A DNA stretch of 63,759 nucleotides, the filler included, from Phoronis australis (lineage: Eukaryota; Animalia; Phoronida): assembly GCA_002633005.1 (NCBI GenBank). It is 7 parts of 7 records of this genome, joined end to end, with 100 filler letters (N's around TTAATTAATTAA, not from the genome) between each part and the next. Parts side by side here need not be neighbours in the genome. Positions count along the whole stretch, not along the records: positions 17,306 to 46,400 come from NMRA01000005.1; positions 46,501 to 51,736 come from NMRA01002384.1; 5 more parts are not named here. One strand, 5' to 3'. The first letter of the stretch is position 1; each line of letters opens with the position of its first letter. Shown one piece after another: positions 38,246 to 51,062 of this stretch. The notes beneath the pieces are model-generated. The model saw nothing but the letters and a program-made list of their open reading frames with translations. It made no database searches and was not told where the DNA came from. Both the position numbers and the translations under genes were made by a program.

Positions 38246-39327
38246 CTGAAATAAAATAATTTGGAACAAAGTCAATGAAACTTGTGAACTTCAGTCACAC
38301 CGCCAACCATTCTCTACTTTGAAGTTAAATGACCTGCCGTATGACTGAAATCCGCACATGCACAGATAACGTTTGCCTCCAAGGTGACATTTGGGGCAAC
38401 GAAAACATCCGAGGTGTCGCGAATGAAAATCAAACTACCAACTATTTATAAAACTAATTCAGTGTTTTGTAGATTGAGATGTATTTATTCCCATGAGATT
38501 TCTTTTAGAGATTATTTATAGATACTGTGCTCAAAACCTTACTCGCAAAATGGCGGCCACTGAAATGGTTGAGTTATGGAATAAAATTTATAAAATATGG
38601 AATAGAATTCACTGTTTCCGACTCATAAGCGAAGTTTTTTTCGCCACAAAAGTGAGCTAATGTCATGGGTACCGTCAACATAACGCAGTGAAGGTTTTTT
38701 GCGTTGCCACTCGACTCGGCTGGGTTTACCGCCAGCCATTAGAGTTATGTAGAGATTTTCTGCGACCGCAAGCTTCCTTTTGGGTGACATATCGGGCCGC
38801 GTTCCGGTTTGGAAATACAGAACCTGGAAACAGCAATGAGCGTCGAGCTCCGTAGACGCAAGAATTTCGCGAAGGGTGCAAGCGTGATCACGTGTCTAGC
38901 TTGTATTGCATGACGACATCTCGCGAGGTCTTGCGTGACCTTGAGTTTTGGTTAGGTCCTCACGTCAACGGGACGCCCGCCCAGACCTCAGATATAAAGG
39001 TTGTGTGAGGCCTGACGTGTGCTGGTAACGTTGGTTGTGCTCACGTTGGGCCTGCAGACCATGTGGGTAAACTTAAAGTCGACAACTCCGGTGCTGGAAA
39101 CCACATCTATCTTTGACGATATAGATGAACGTTACGCAAGTTAACTGAGTGCTTGGACTGGTAATTATCAACGGCATAATCTAATTGTTAACAACGTGAT
39201 CTCGGCACAAATATAATAACACAAGTTAATTCTCAATGGCGTGAGTTAATGATTAGCATCGTAAATTAATTACGTGGGCAAACTATGTACGAATTGATAA
39301 ATTTACTATAATAATAATTACGCCTTT

Positions 39328-39685
39328 AAAACTACTTTTCGCCCTGTTTATCTGGCTAAAAAATGAAAATTGAATCAACCTCTTACTCTGGTGAAACCTG
39401 TCTCTTGACATTCCTTACTGCGATAGGATTCCTTATCCGCTACCAACTCAAGGCAAGGCAATACACACATGCGTCATTTTCGTATTCGCAATTTTAGGGT
39501 GGTCAATCCCAATAAAATCTAATTAAAGCGTTTTCGAAAGTTGCTGATATTTCAATGTCTTTGTTGGTAACATAAATGGGATCCTATCTCAGCAATGAGT
39601 ATAATACGAGACTGATTTATGAAACAATATTGTCTAATCGCATTTTCATTTTTAGTCAGCTAAACAGGACGTAATGCAGCTTTAG
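39328..39685. mobile_element. Old degenerate MITE with Kolobok-like ends
   Basis: TTAAAACTACTTTTCGCCCTGTTTATCTGGCTAAAAAATGAAAAT is loosely mirrored by ATTTTCATTTTTAGTCAGCTAAACAGGACGTAATGCAGCTTTA. A similar left end sits at about 40122. Confidence 0.5.
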
Positions 39686-40169
39686 CGTAATAAAAGGAAA
39701 TTGAATTCATCTGTTTTATCGAAAGAGATTTGCTTAAGAAAATCAACTGATATCGTGAACATGGTTGTAAACCAGGTGACCTGATGCGTGGGATTCTTAG
39801 TTTTTCTATCGTTAGAAAAATAGTCCCACTGGGTCCGCCATTTTGAGAATCACTTTTCTCCCCTCGTCAATTGGTTCTCAATATCCGGGACCCCTGACTA
39901 TTAATTAAAATCGGGTTGGCAAAGTTTTGTCATTTTCATGCATAACGTTCACACACATTTGACCAACCGTAGCCTGTCAAAGTTCGGTCGCGAGGGTCTG
40001 CGGCTGCAGCCCCGGGTTATTGAATAAGGGAACGCGGCTGTTTTTGTATAAACTCATTGTGTCCGGTTTGAAAACAGAGCTTCGCAGCAACCTTCGCCTG
40101 CGAAATCGTCGGACTCGGAACTTAAAGTTACTTTTCGCCGCTGTTTATCTGTCAATGTTGAATTCTTAA

Positions 40170-43167
40170 AGGAGCATGCCACCCAAAAATAACCTATTAT
40201 GTATCAATTTAGATCCAGTAGTTCTACTCGATAACGTAACGTTCGGTTGCGTTACCTGACACCTGACGGCAGACGGAGGTGTTGAAATTATCCTAAGACG
40301 TCATTGGTTTCACGCGCAGTCTGTTCAGCAGTTCACAACACGGGTTACTAGTGTCAGCTTATCGTTTTAATTCATCGTTTAACACCAATAAATCATCAAA
40401 CCTCGATGTAAAACCCTTAAAAATACACCGAGCTCTTATACAAATTTACGCGTTGTTTTATTTCGCTATTATGGATTTAAAGGCGAAGGCAACCTTTTTT
40501 CATGTCACTTTTAGCAAAAATAAGGTTCGTTGATTATCCCAGACACATTTTTCACGTAATTACAGCTTTTCGTAATTTGATTAATTTCTCGTCCTCTACT
40601 CCGGAAGTGACGTTTTGGGAGGCATGAGTTTCGCGCCAATTTCTTTTCATTATAGCCTGACTGTGAGATCTGTCGAGTCAGTCATTGTTCTACCTCGGTT
40701 GTGATAAGTTCGGTCGTCGTTTGCTTTTGTTTACAAGTCAGTCAACATGGCACGCTGTTGCTGCGTGCTGGGATGTACTCATTATCGTCTCACACGCGCT
40801 TTGGGTACCTTCCGTCGCTTTCCTAAGGACGACACACTTCGCCGCACTTGTCTAGCTCGTTCATGTGAAGAACGCAGCGCTACCCGTCCACGCAACGTAC
40901 AAAGCAGGAGGGTTACCGAGTGGGTGTCAAGCATTTTCTGCCGTCAGATTATGACAGAGATATGTACGCTGAATTGATGAAGGTCCCTGCGAAACAACGC
41001 CTGAAGAAGGGTACCATACCGTCGCTGTTAATTTCCGGCAGTGCCCCGTCGCCAACCCCGAGAAGTGCGTTTTTGAAGCGAGAAGCCTCTTGAGCTGTGG
41101 CCACTACATACAGTGACTGGAGGCTCTTCATCTACTGTCACCCGTGCCTCCGAACGTACCCCATTGCGTGCAATTCCGGGAACTAGCAGTGATTCGCCCT
41201 GTGTTGTTGTCTCTAGCCCAGAGCCTGTAAGCAGCCATGCAGCGATGTTGAGTAGTGGGAGTGAATACAGGCCCAGTTCGACACCCAGTGAAGAGGACAG
41301 TTCGTCATCCAGTGAACAGATCGGTGAGCCTAAGTTTGGTAAGTTTATTGTGGACTTGTATTGGAACTATTTAGAAGGTGCCAGGTGTGTGGCGAGGGAG
41401 TCACACGGTGGGATGTAAGCAGTTTGGGTGCTCAGATCACCCTCCAGTGGGACTGTGTCGCGGGACACTCGGGCAAGTGGGACAATTCTTTCTCTGAACG
41501 TGAGACGATGAGTACACCCCGGTACGCCATGTTGACTGACTCGTTAGCAAAAGCAAACGACGACCGAACTTATCACAACCGAGGTAGAACAATGACTGAC
41601 TCGACTGCTCTCAAAGTCAGACTATATGAAAAGAAATAGTCGCGAAATTCTTGCCTCCCAAAACGTCACTTCCGGAGTAGACGACGGGTAATTAATTAAA
41701 TTACGAAAAGCAGTAAATAAGTGAAAAATATGTCTGGGATAATCAAAGTACCTTATTTTTGCTAAAAATGACATGAAAAAGGTTGCCTTCGCCTTTAATG
41801 GTATTTGGACACACCATAGCCTACAAAGTTCGGCAGGCCAATTTACCACGGTCCGTAGCTGGAGTTTGGGGTCTGCTCGGAGATAAATTCGAAGTATTCT
41901 TCCGTGGAATACAGACAGGAGAACCTAGATCTGTGTTGTTTAGACTTGTTATCCCAGCCAGTGGCTCGGAACCCAATCAGACCCGTCGCGACTGGACTGA
42001 CTCGTTATCACGGCCAGTGGCTCGGAACCCGATCAGGCCCGTCGCGGCCGCCGGGACTGGCACGAACATAAACCAGCCTGAGTGGGAAACTAAACCTTCA
42101 GCCACGAAAAGACTATAATAGTGAGCCAAAAAATAATGTGCACGTAATTATTTAAGTGAATTAGCCACGAAACTGAAAATCTACTTACTTGTCGGGGGCC
42201 GCGAAGAAGTCAGGTTCCCCTTCCACAGACCGTCAGGGCAAAGATTGTACAGTAACAATGATTTGAATAATGTATTTTTATTTCTAAATAAAGATTACCC
42301 TAACATGTGACCATACTATATAAAATCAAGTAATTGTTTCACAACAGTTTCTGTCAGTAAACATTGAATTAGCATGCGCTCACACGGCCGCGGTGCCCGG
42401 TCAATTACCTTTATTGCCGGCAACGCAGTGGTTTATTCATGGCTGGCTTCCCAACATTTGCACTCACGAATACTGCAAAGACTTTACAAATTGTATCTAA
42501 TGATACAGACTTTGTTTCAGTTTTATATAAGTATTGGTTAGGATGAGAATAATTCATTTTGAAACAGAAGGCAGAAAATAAACGTCTACATGGCAACTCG
42601 TCCGGCGCCAATCCCGATTTAGTCAATCGAGCTCATCAGACGAAGACTTCACGGGTCGGATCGTTAGATTTCAAAGGCTATGGGTTCGAACCGGAATACA
42701 CTGACTAAGAAATACTGCAGGGGCGCCGTAAACATGCACAGGCAACGGAGCGTATGGATAGTTCTTTGGTAAGCCGGAATTCGTCAGAGTAATCACTGTC
42801 GACGAAATGCCGGCCACAGACAGGGAGATGTTTCACGGCCTCATATTTGCTATTAACAGCGTACCTTTCATTCTGCAATACCGCGAGCCACTTCCCAAGC
42901 ATTTCGAGCTCTCGAGGAAGTCGAAAAAAAAACGATATACCCGCTTTCTTCAAAGCTTCATAGTTCGGACAAGCGGGAACGATGCACTGCAATATAGCGG
43001 CATTCACTCTGCAGACGAACCACTGACGTCGCTGCGTCGTTTCTCACCTTCCTCACGGGTTAACACGACACCTCTCGGCAAGGTGAGGTCGACCGTATAA
43101 GAAGCGATGTGAATATAGACCGATTAAGACGGTAAAAAAGACTAATTAAATCGGGTGGCATTCTCCT
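40170..43167 (-). mobile_element. Kolobok family A copy 2 (opposite orientation to A1), containing nested family B copy 3
   Basis: TTAA flanks 40166-40169 and 43168-43171, TIR AGGAGCATGCCACCC / GGGTGGCATTCTCCT. THAP stub CIVPAC...W...VCGRHF on the minus strand at 42770-43007; KolX-like GYGFEPEY stub on the plus strand at 42590-42750. Confidence 0.9.
40481..41794 (+). mobile_element. Kolobok family B copy 3, nested in A2, with two inverted left ends
   Basis: TTAA flanks 40477-40480 and 41795-41798, THAP stub MARCCCVLGCTH from 40747. 41526-41794 is the reverse complement of 40481-40751. Confidence 0.9.
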
Positions 43168-45113
43168 TTAAACGAAGTGCTTTGGGGTTCAAAAATATTA
43201 GCACTCTTATCCGCTCAGGTTGAGCTTGCAGACTTTCTGGTTAGGCCTCGTCAGCGTATTGCAGGGTTTGATGCCAAATGTATCCGTGATAATCTGGCAA
43301 GAGCGTAGGCTTACGCCAACTACTGTCAGTAATCTAGCTTGAAGATTGAGAACCACAGAGCTTTATTTTACCTCAATTTTTATGTGGTCTAATATTGAGC
43401 TCAGTGTCTTTAACCGCAAAATATTTTAAAGGTGCATTGCGGTTACTTTCCCGTATGCACTTCCTGATAAGAAATTAAAACAAAAACCACTGAATACTTA
43501 ATTAGAACAGTTGATTAACTGATTAACTTATACCCCGTATATACTGAAAGTGGGCGCACTTGATTTGAGTTTGTTCCCGTTCCATTGCACTTACATTGAG
43601 AGTTGTCAGGAACTTGGGCCCCCGAATAAGTAAATCTAGAACAATTTGCAAATAACCTTCTGACGTGAAATTTTCTGCTATCATGTTGCACCCCAAGTTG
43701 TCAAGTTGTCTCGGAACACGTTTACAACCCCACATTGGCCTGGCGTGCACTCCGTTTACGCGAGAACCTCGCGAAAATACAACTTCGCGAGATAGAACGA
43801 TGTATTACAATCGCAGCACGCGAACACGTTAGCTTCGTTCGCGAAATCCTTCCGTCTACGAAAAGCAGCCATGGAATCACCTACGCACAACAATATACGT
43901 TCAGTAGCGTCATGTGTTGAAAATGAAACGCGGGGAAGCGCACATATACAAATTAACAGATTTCAAAATGGCCGGCAGAATCCATCGTCTTTTTAATCAG
44001 CATTTAAAATTCAAAATTAAAACCTTGTACAAAAAATACTATAGTCTAATAATTTTAAAACAAACCTTTGAAAATTGGGCACAATTTCCACACACCCATT
44101 CCACCAATGCTGAGGTACTGTCCTATAGAAGCCTCGAGGAAAAACATCGGAATTCCCGCCAAAAGTAGCGTGAGAAGATACGGAACAAGAAACGCACCTG
44201 GAAGGAAGAACGCAGTAAACAAGCAAAGTCACGTGGCGCTTCAAAGAAATAAAAAAACTGTGCACCTAGGCCTACTAACTTCTAAACATCAAATGGCTTC
44301 TCGGATTTAAATGAAGTTTTCAGATATTTGAATTCATGCACTGTTTTCAAAACCATAGTATAGATTATTTTTAACTGTTTTACTTTTGCATAAGAAAATG
44401 GGCTGTCGAAAATTAAGATTTTTGATAGATTAATTTTAAGTTGCATAAATCAAGAACGAAAATATAATTTAGAAAACTAAAAAAGCGTTTTTGAGAATTC
44501 ATGATGCCTGACATGATCACAGGCCCAAACAATAGCATATTAAATTTTACAAACAATATATATTTGTACTGAGTTTTATGACTAAATGCACACACTCGCT
44601 GATGAGATTACTCAGAGCCTTCTAAACCGGATAGCAGCAACCGATGCGTGTGCATGCCATAACGTAGATTTTGGGTTACGAGTCCTAAAGAATCCAGAAG
44701 ATGCCACACAGTCGATCGTTTGTTCAGAAAGCCAACATTTGGTTTTGAATAGACGCCACCTGTTTACTTGCATCTGTGTTAATATGGATTTCTGGCGGCT
44801 TGACATCCTTACTAAAATGACCTCTACAGATCAGGTCGTTTATCTACGTTTACTGGAGGTGCTACTTTGCATGACCGCTATCCCACAATCCTTTGCGTAT
44901 ATGACGTGTCAAGCTATCCGTAGGGTCAATAACGCTTACAGCTATATTTGCTTGAAGTTTTACAAAGAAAATGATTAAATTTGACTGGTCAGACCTTCTA
45001 CATAACGCAAACAGATGTAGGGTTGAAACTGGGGGAATAGTTTGATATTCTTATTCGCAATAGAAAGTGAAATGGTATTTTAATACAGTGTACTTGGTGG
45101 CGGAATTAAGATA

Positions 45114-45480
45114 TACAGGGTGTCCCAAAATTATGGGTCTCATTTTGAATAAGAATAATTAAAAAAGAGACGATGTATTTAAACTCTTTTTGTTTGAAGT
45201 ATACCCAATGTGTCTGAGTTCCTACTCACATAGTGTTTGGAAATTTTATTCTTCAGATAAACCACGGCAGCCATTACATAAGCAAAAGAAGAAGTCAAGC
45301 GGTTCGTCACGTGTTGTTTTTCTGCTTCCAGTTGATATGTACTCTCTGACACAGCGCCACCTATACTGAAAAGTGGCCGTGTAGAAACATAATGAACGAC
45401 ACACGGAATTCCGTGTGTTTGGGCATCAATGCCTTGGTCGGAAGTATACCGATCCCATCGCCACCACTTGCATACGCCTT
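45114..45480. mobile_element. Possible Tc1/mariner-type terminal remnant
   Basis: TA-CAGGGTGTCCCAAAA terminus. No partner TIR or transposase was seen. Confidence 0.35.
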
Positions 45481-45488
45481 TATGCACT

Positions 45489-45887
45489 CAGTGGCGTATC
45501 TAGGATATCACAAGGGGGGCGGGGGCCAACATTTTGGCTGTAAACATTTGCTCAAAGCACGATTGTAGATGCGCATAGCACCGAATAGGGGGAGGCAAAT
45601 CCCCCTCCCGCCCAGGAAATTTTTCTGTTTTTTCCTCTAAAAATCAAGCATTTTCCTTGATTCCCGGAGTATTATCCAAGAAAAAAGGCAAAAAGGTGTC
45701 AGCCAGGAAATACTGTAAGTATATAGGTATACCACAGATTCGAACTCACGACCACGCGGACACAGCGCGGGTGCTTTACCACTGCACCACCACGATTTAA
45801 CTGCTAATTTGATAGTAAGAGACCTACTTGTTTACGGTCCACAGCGTTTGCGCGCGAAACCTCCTTCTTTTTGTAATGCTTATTACA
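45489..45887 (-). repeat. Uninterrupted copy of the about 400-bp repeat with tRNA-like A/B boxes (45731-45794)
   Basis: Minus strand GTGGTGGTGCAGTGGT...GAGTTCGAATC; one end is CAGTGGCGTATCTAGG. Matches 9977-10045 plus 12551-12869. Confidence 0.75.
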
Positions 45888-48121
45888 TGTTATATATTTT
45901 GTGCAATAAGTTTGTAACAAATTTGTTGTATTTAAGATAGTCTTCAATTGCCCAAAAGACCAAATCCGTTTTTTTGTGTTGGCAATAATGACGCGATTGC
46001 TTTGGAAATCGTCTTAAGTTAACCTTTGACAAATAGAGAATTATGAGTTTCTGAGTGATTCAATAAGGCTTCGATTAATATTGACATCTTACCAGCAGCT
46101 TCTTTTATTTCATCATCATAAAGATTTCATTTTCTTTAAAAGATGAAGTAATTTTCTTCATTGCACAGTGGAGCAGACGACGGAAACGGAGTCGTAGTGC
46201 CCAGCGCCACTGCCGGTCGGAGATATCGCAGGAGAGCCATAGCTCCGTTACGATTGCGCCGTGTTCCGAATTTGACATTTGAAATTGGATTTGAGCCCCT
46301 CCCCCCCCTCCCCCAAACACTAAAACTGCACACATTTAAATCTTGTTTCAGCCGTATAATTTTAATTACCGGGGTTAATTAATAAACTCAACATTTCCCT
46401 NNNNNNNNNNNNNNNNNNNNNNNNNNNNNNNNNNNNNNNNNNNNTTAATTAATTAANNNNNNNNNNNNNNNNNNNNNNNNNNNNNNNNNNNNNNNNNNNN
46501 GACTGTGTACAATCTGACATTACCGGGGCCTCTAAGTTGGGTGGTCTGTGGTTGGAAGTGTCTCTGTTCAGAAGGTTTACTGTTCTGTTGACTGGAACCC
46601 AATGCATTTAACCAGAACCTGACCTTGCCTCTAACACCCGAGTCAGATCCTGTGACACTTTGTCACAACCTAAACCTAACCATAGCCCTAATCTATGGAT
46701 TTTACATCCTTCAGACTATAGGCCCTTCAGAATGTTGCCCCTTCTGCCAACAGAAGCACTAATATCCTGTGGAAGATAAAATCTAGGTAAAAAAATTCAA
46801 ATTGTGTAATCTTTGGGCAATCGACTCATGCACTTGATCCCCACTGAAGCGTTATTTGAGGAAAGATGAAGTTTGGAAGACCCCAAAGGTTGGCAAATTC
46901 TTTTGAAAATGTCTAGAAGTGAAAGGGTTAGCATGATGTGTTGTTGGTGTTTCGCTGCAATCATGTGAATAGATTTTCTAGCGCTGGTGTTAACATTGGC
47001 ATATGAATCTGCAATAAACCAATCTTGTCGTTTTTGTAAAAGATTGACATTATGAGATCTTGCAATTTCTAGTTTTACCATACTGCACAACTGATTATTG
47101 AATGTTAAATGACGTCTGCTGTATATCCTATACAGCCTTTTAAATGTGATTGGCTACCTTTGCTGTCAAGGATTGAATTTCTTAATAACTACCTTCCAAG
47201 TATTAACAGTAGACCCATAAAACTATATTTTTAAAGTCATTGATGATCACAGGCTCTTATTATATATAATTATGTTGTTTTGTGTCCTTTGTCTTCTACC
47301 TCTCTATCCTCCAAACTTCATGATAAAAGGTGGCACCTGTGCTGACTTGCTTTGCACCACCTATAGACCATTATTAAGTTCATTAGCATTGTTCCCTTTA
47401 TCAGTGAGAATGTTTAAAATAATGATCATCTCTTATATCTGAGCTGTATGCAATGCACACGGCGAGTGCATATAAGTGCTCCACGTTGCTCTTGTTTAGT
47501 TTAAGAAGGCACTTTTCATCAATTCTAACTATTGTTGAATTTCTCCTTGTACATTACATGAAGCTGATAAACACTCCTAGAAACAGTTTTTGATGCACTA
47601 TGACGCATATAAATGCTTAGCATTGCAGTAGTTTCATTTCTGACAGTGGAGTCCTTGGGCATAAAGGGCTTAAAAGAAAATCTCAGTCTTGATGTTTTGG
47701 GTAGTAGAATAAAGAAAACTGAAAAATGTGTTTTGGGTTAATTATACCAATCAAGATTTTTCAGGAAGAAATGTAGTTAATGATTATAAACATGTGGGCA
47801 TTATTTTTGTGTACGTAGAGGATTTTAAAATTATACATAGTTTTATTGGTCTAAAATTAAAAGTTAAAAACTTACTTTAGAAATTGATGCAGGGAAATGA
47901 TGATAGCCAATCACATTAATGGCGCATGCAGTGCCATCTTAGGAAAAAACAGTTTCAGTTCTTGTTTTGGTTCTTAAATATGAAGAGTTAGTGTACGTAA
48001 TGACACAGGATCACACCATGAATGAAGTGGAGTTCGTTGGTTGCTCCAACAAAAAGATTCACCATTGCTAGCGTTTGCGATTCTGTCTTGATCTATGGTA
48101 ATTAGCTTTGTCATATTCCAG

Positions 48122-51062
48122 CATCTTCCAGAGAACAGTCACAGAGCCTATCAAGCCTTGTATACTGCCAATGATATCGTCAATCTTTGCGTACAAAACC
48201 CTTGTACTGAATCCTTTAAAAGGTGAATTAGCTGACATGTAACAAAATGTCCAAAGTCATTTCACAAACTGTGTGTCTGTATTTCTCTTTATCTGGTAAA
48301 ATTGTTCTCATTTGTATGTGCCCACATATACAAATGCGGGTGCACCTTGTCGTCATCTCTGCCTCGGCAGCTGCTGCTGTATGTCCTACGTCCCTTGTGG
48401 GATCTTAATGAGATTTGGTTCATGTGTTCCTATGAAGTTGATGATGGATTACGATGAGTGTCTGACCAATCCAACTAGTTGCAGTCTTATTTTTTTTACT
48501 TTCTTTTGCCTGTGTATCTTTGGAGCTCCTTTCTATTTTCGGACATACTTGAGATATTTTGCGCCACCTTATGGCCATTTTAGTTATTTTTGAGTCTGTT
48601 TTTGGTGTCTGCCTCTCTATCTGCCAAACCGGTCAAAAGATCGTTATGAGAATTTACAAATGAGTTTTTGCTGGGAACACCACAACTGATATTGGTTTTT
48701 GGACGGGTCTGACTGATGCTGTGGCTGTTAGTGACAATGTTTGGCATCTGGCTATATCTCATTAACCGTTCGCAGGATCTTTCTAAAATGTGGCAGGTGT
48801 TTTTCTACAGAATGTGATTAAGTCTGGCCACGATGCTTTTACGGATCTAACTACCTTTTTGCCCCCTAGTGGCAATTAAAGTTTCATTATAGTAACGAAA
48901 GAGCCTTTCCATTTTCTGATGGATTCGATGTATTCTGCACCACATAGTGGCCATAACTATTGTTTTCACGTTTTTGCCATCTGCCTCTGTATGTGCTAAA
49001 TTGCTCAAAGAAGAATCACGAAAATTGGCAGACGTGCTCTTGCTGACAAGAGAATGACTGATGTTGATCTTCGGATCCACCCACTAGTGGCATATATTTG
49101 CGTCTCCAGCTGTAAACCCCTTCTAGGATCTTTGTGAAATTTGGCAAGTGTATTCCTGTGAACTTGACTACAGGTGACATCTTCTTTTAGACGGATCTGA
49201 CTACCACTGTGCCTCCCAGTGGCAATTTGATTTTTTTACATTTGTGGGGTTCCTTGACATTTTTTTATGAAATTTGGCAAACAGTTTTCTAATAGGGAGG
49301 TGACAACAGCTACCCATTTTTGTACGAGTTCAACATATTCTGCACCATCTAGTGGCCATTTTTATGATACTGAAAAACACCCTTAGAAGCATGCCGTTTG
49401 TGGTACAGTCATGCGCACATTTAAACACTTTGCGTTACTCTTATAGATTAACTGGTCATTAGGAGTTACCTCTGACTTAGGAGTAGTTTTTAAAGATAAG
49501 AAAAGAAGGAAAATCTGAATTTGGTAGTAAAAACTGTTGTCGTGACATCAACTAATTAAAGTTTTCCTTGACGTGAATGAGATGTGGATTCTGAGTAACG
49601 TACACATAAAACTTCCCAAATATTTGTATTTCATACTTTTTCACTTTTGTCAAATGCAAAAAAAATATTCAAAGCGAGACAAAAGGTAAATTGTGAAAAA
49701 AGCTTGTGAAAACTGTTAGTATTTTTTCACTTCATTGGTAATGGGTAATGGAGCTAAGATCAGAAAAGGGGAATGGGGAATGGAGCTAAGATCAGAAAAG
49801 GTGTTGCAACTCCAACCAATTGTTGGCGCTACTGTGATTGTTTCACACTGTGTAAGACATGTCTTCATTTATTTCAGAGGTCACGAGATTGCCGAGAGTT
49901 TTTTCAGCCAGGGTAATGGTGCCAGCCAACACACAGTGTGTGCCGTGGGTCATTGTCACATTGACTCAGGTGAGTCGGTCCAGTATGGTAAAGATGGTTA
50001 CATTAAAACCACATGATTGTGAAGAGCAATGTCCCATAATGTCTGTGTTGAGCAATGCAATACAGAATTACACAACCTCTGACTGGCTAAAACACAGCAA
50101 GATAACTTCCATTATGAGGTGATGTTGTCTGGCTAGCCATGGAATATCACTTTTCGATCATCTCAGTGACATCAGCAGTTACTAGTGGTGATTTGACCAA
50201 TTACAGCCTGTGCTCAAGTGCTCTTTAGTTTTTAATTTTTTTCACATCCGTGTTTTGCATGGATTCAGTGTGTGTACATTGAAATTAATTTGCATTTAAC
50301 TTTTCCTATAGCCTGGTTGTGGCCATATGCAGAGACTATCAGGAAGTGTGCGCGCAGTTGGAGCACGACCATCCGTCTGATGGAGAGGTACCCCCAGTTT
50401 ACGTTCGCCTGTTCACAGGTACTTGATAATCATGGTGGGCTATCGCATTACCACAAAAACTGTTTTTTTTTAAGTAGATGTCCTGTTTGATCAGCCATCG
50501 TGGTTTTGCCAAGGTCTGTATTTAATAAATATAGTGCTTGAGGATATCTAAGTATTAATATACTTCTTGAAACCATTCACTTTGTAACCTTACGACCATG
50601 GGAGATAATGACTAGTTGTTGCATGTGGGATGACATGTGATAACATTTTTTGAAAACTGTCTTTAATTTGCTTTGAAAAGATGTTTGAGTAAGTTCCATC
50701 TTTAATTTGTCTAGGTTTTCCATTCAACAGTGGTTTTGAATTTTTTTTAAATTGGACTTTTCTTCATTTTAATAAGAGTGTAGCAGATAGGCACTCTTGC
50801 ATGTAAGTAGTGATTAAGCTAACTAGAGTACAGTCTAAACTTCATTACTTCACAAACTCACGATCATATCTTGAAACATGAAATCTTATTGCAAAATTGT
50901 TGTAGAATTTCTGGTTATTTTACTCAATTTTGATTGTTATGTTATTTACAGGCTCAACAGTTTCAGTGGGTGAAAGAGCACTATCCTGACTTATACAAAG
51001 ACATCACACACTTTGTCAAGAAAGGCAGATTCATCCCTGTTGGCGGTGTGTGGGTTGAAATG
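48122..51062 (+). CDS. MAN2C1: Cytosolic alpha-mannosidase 2C1 (GH38), four internal exons
   Basis: Exons 48122-48222 ([17 protein letters not shown]), 49878-49969 ([13 protein letters not shown]), 50312-50418 ([17 protein letters not shown]...FACSQ) and 50952-51062 ([10 protein letters not shown]...[11 protein letters not shown]). Phases are compatible, GT-AG sites, GH38 HxD zinc motif. Confidence 0.93.
48312..49422. mobile_element. Degenerate repeat with internal tandem units of about 350-400 bp, possibly a Helentron/DINE-1-like non-autonomous element
   Basis: Duplicated blocks ACGGATCT.ACTACC...CC.AGTGGCAATT and TATTCTGCACCA..TAGTGGCCA, AAATTTGGCA motifs, and short sub-terminal inverted matches ATGTGCCC / GCGCACAT. 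Confidence 0.4.

Noticed and set aside
41955-42055. About 45-bp direct repeats (CCAGTGGCTCGGAACCC.ATCAG) as a possible CRISPR-like array
   Set aside because: Only 2-3 units with no unique spacers, internal to family A transposons, in a eukaryotic context.
45731-45794. Possible tRNA gene
   Set aside because: Has A and B boxes but no convincing acceptor or anticodon stem; part of a repeat.
46665-46695. AACCTA/CCCTAA-like motifs as telomeric repeats
   Set aside because: Only a few degenerate units, more likely a repeat remnant.
49737-49801. 32-bp tandem duplication upstream of a MAN2C1 exon
   Set aside because: Ordinary local slippage duplication in an intron.
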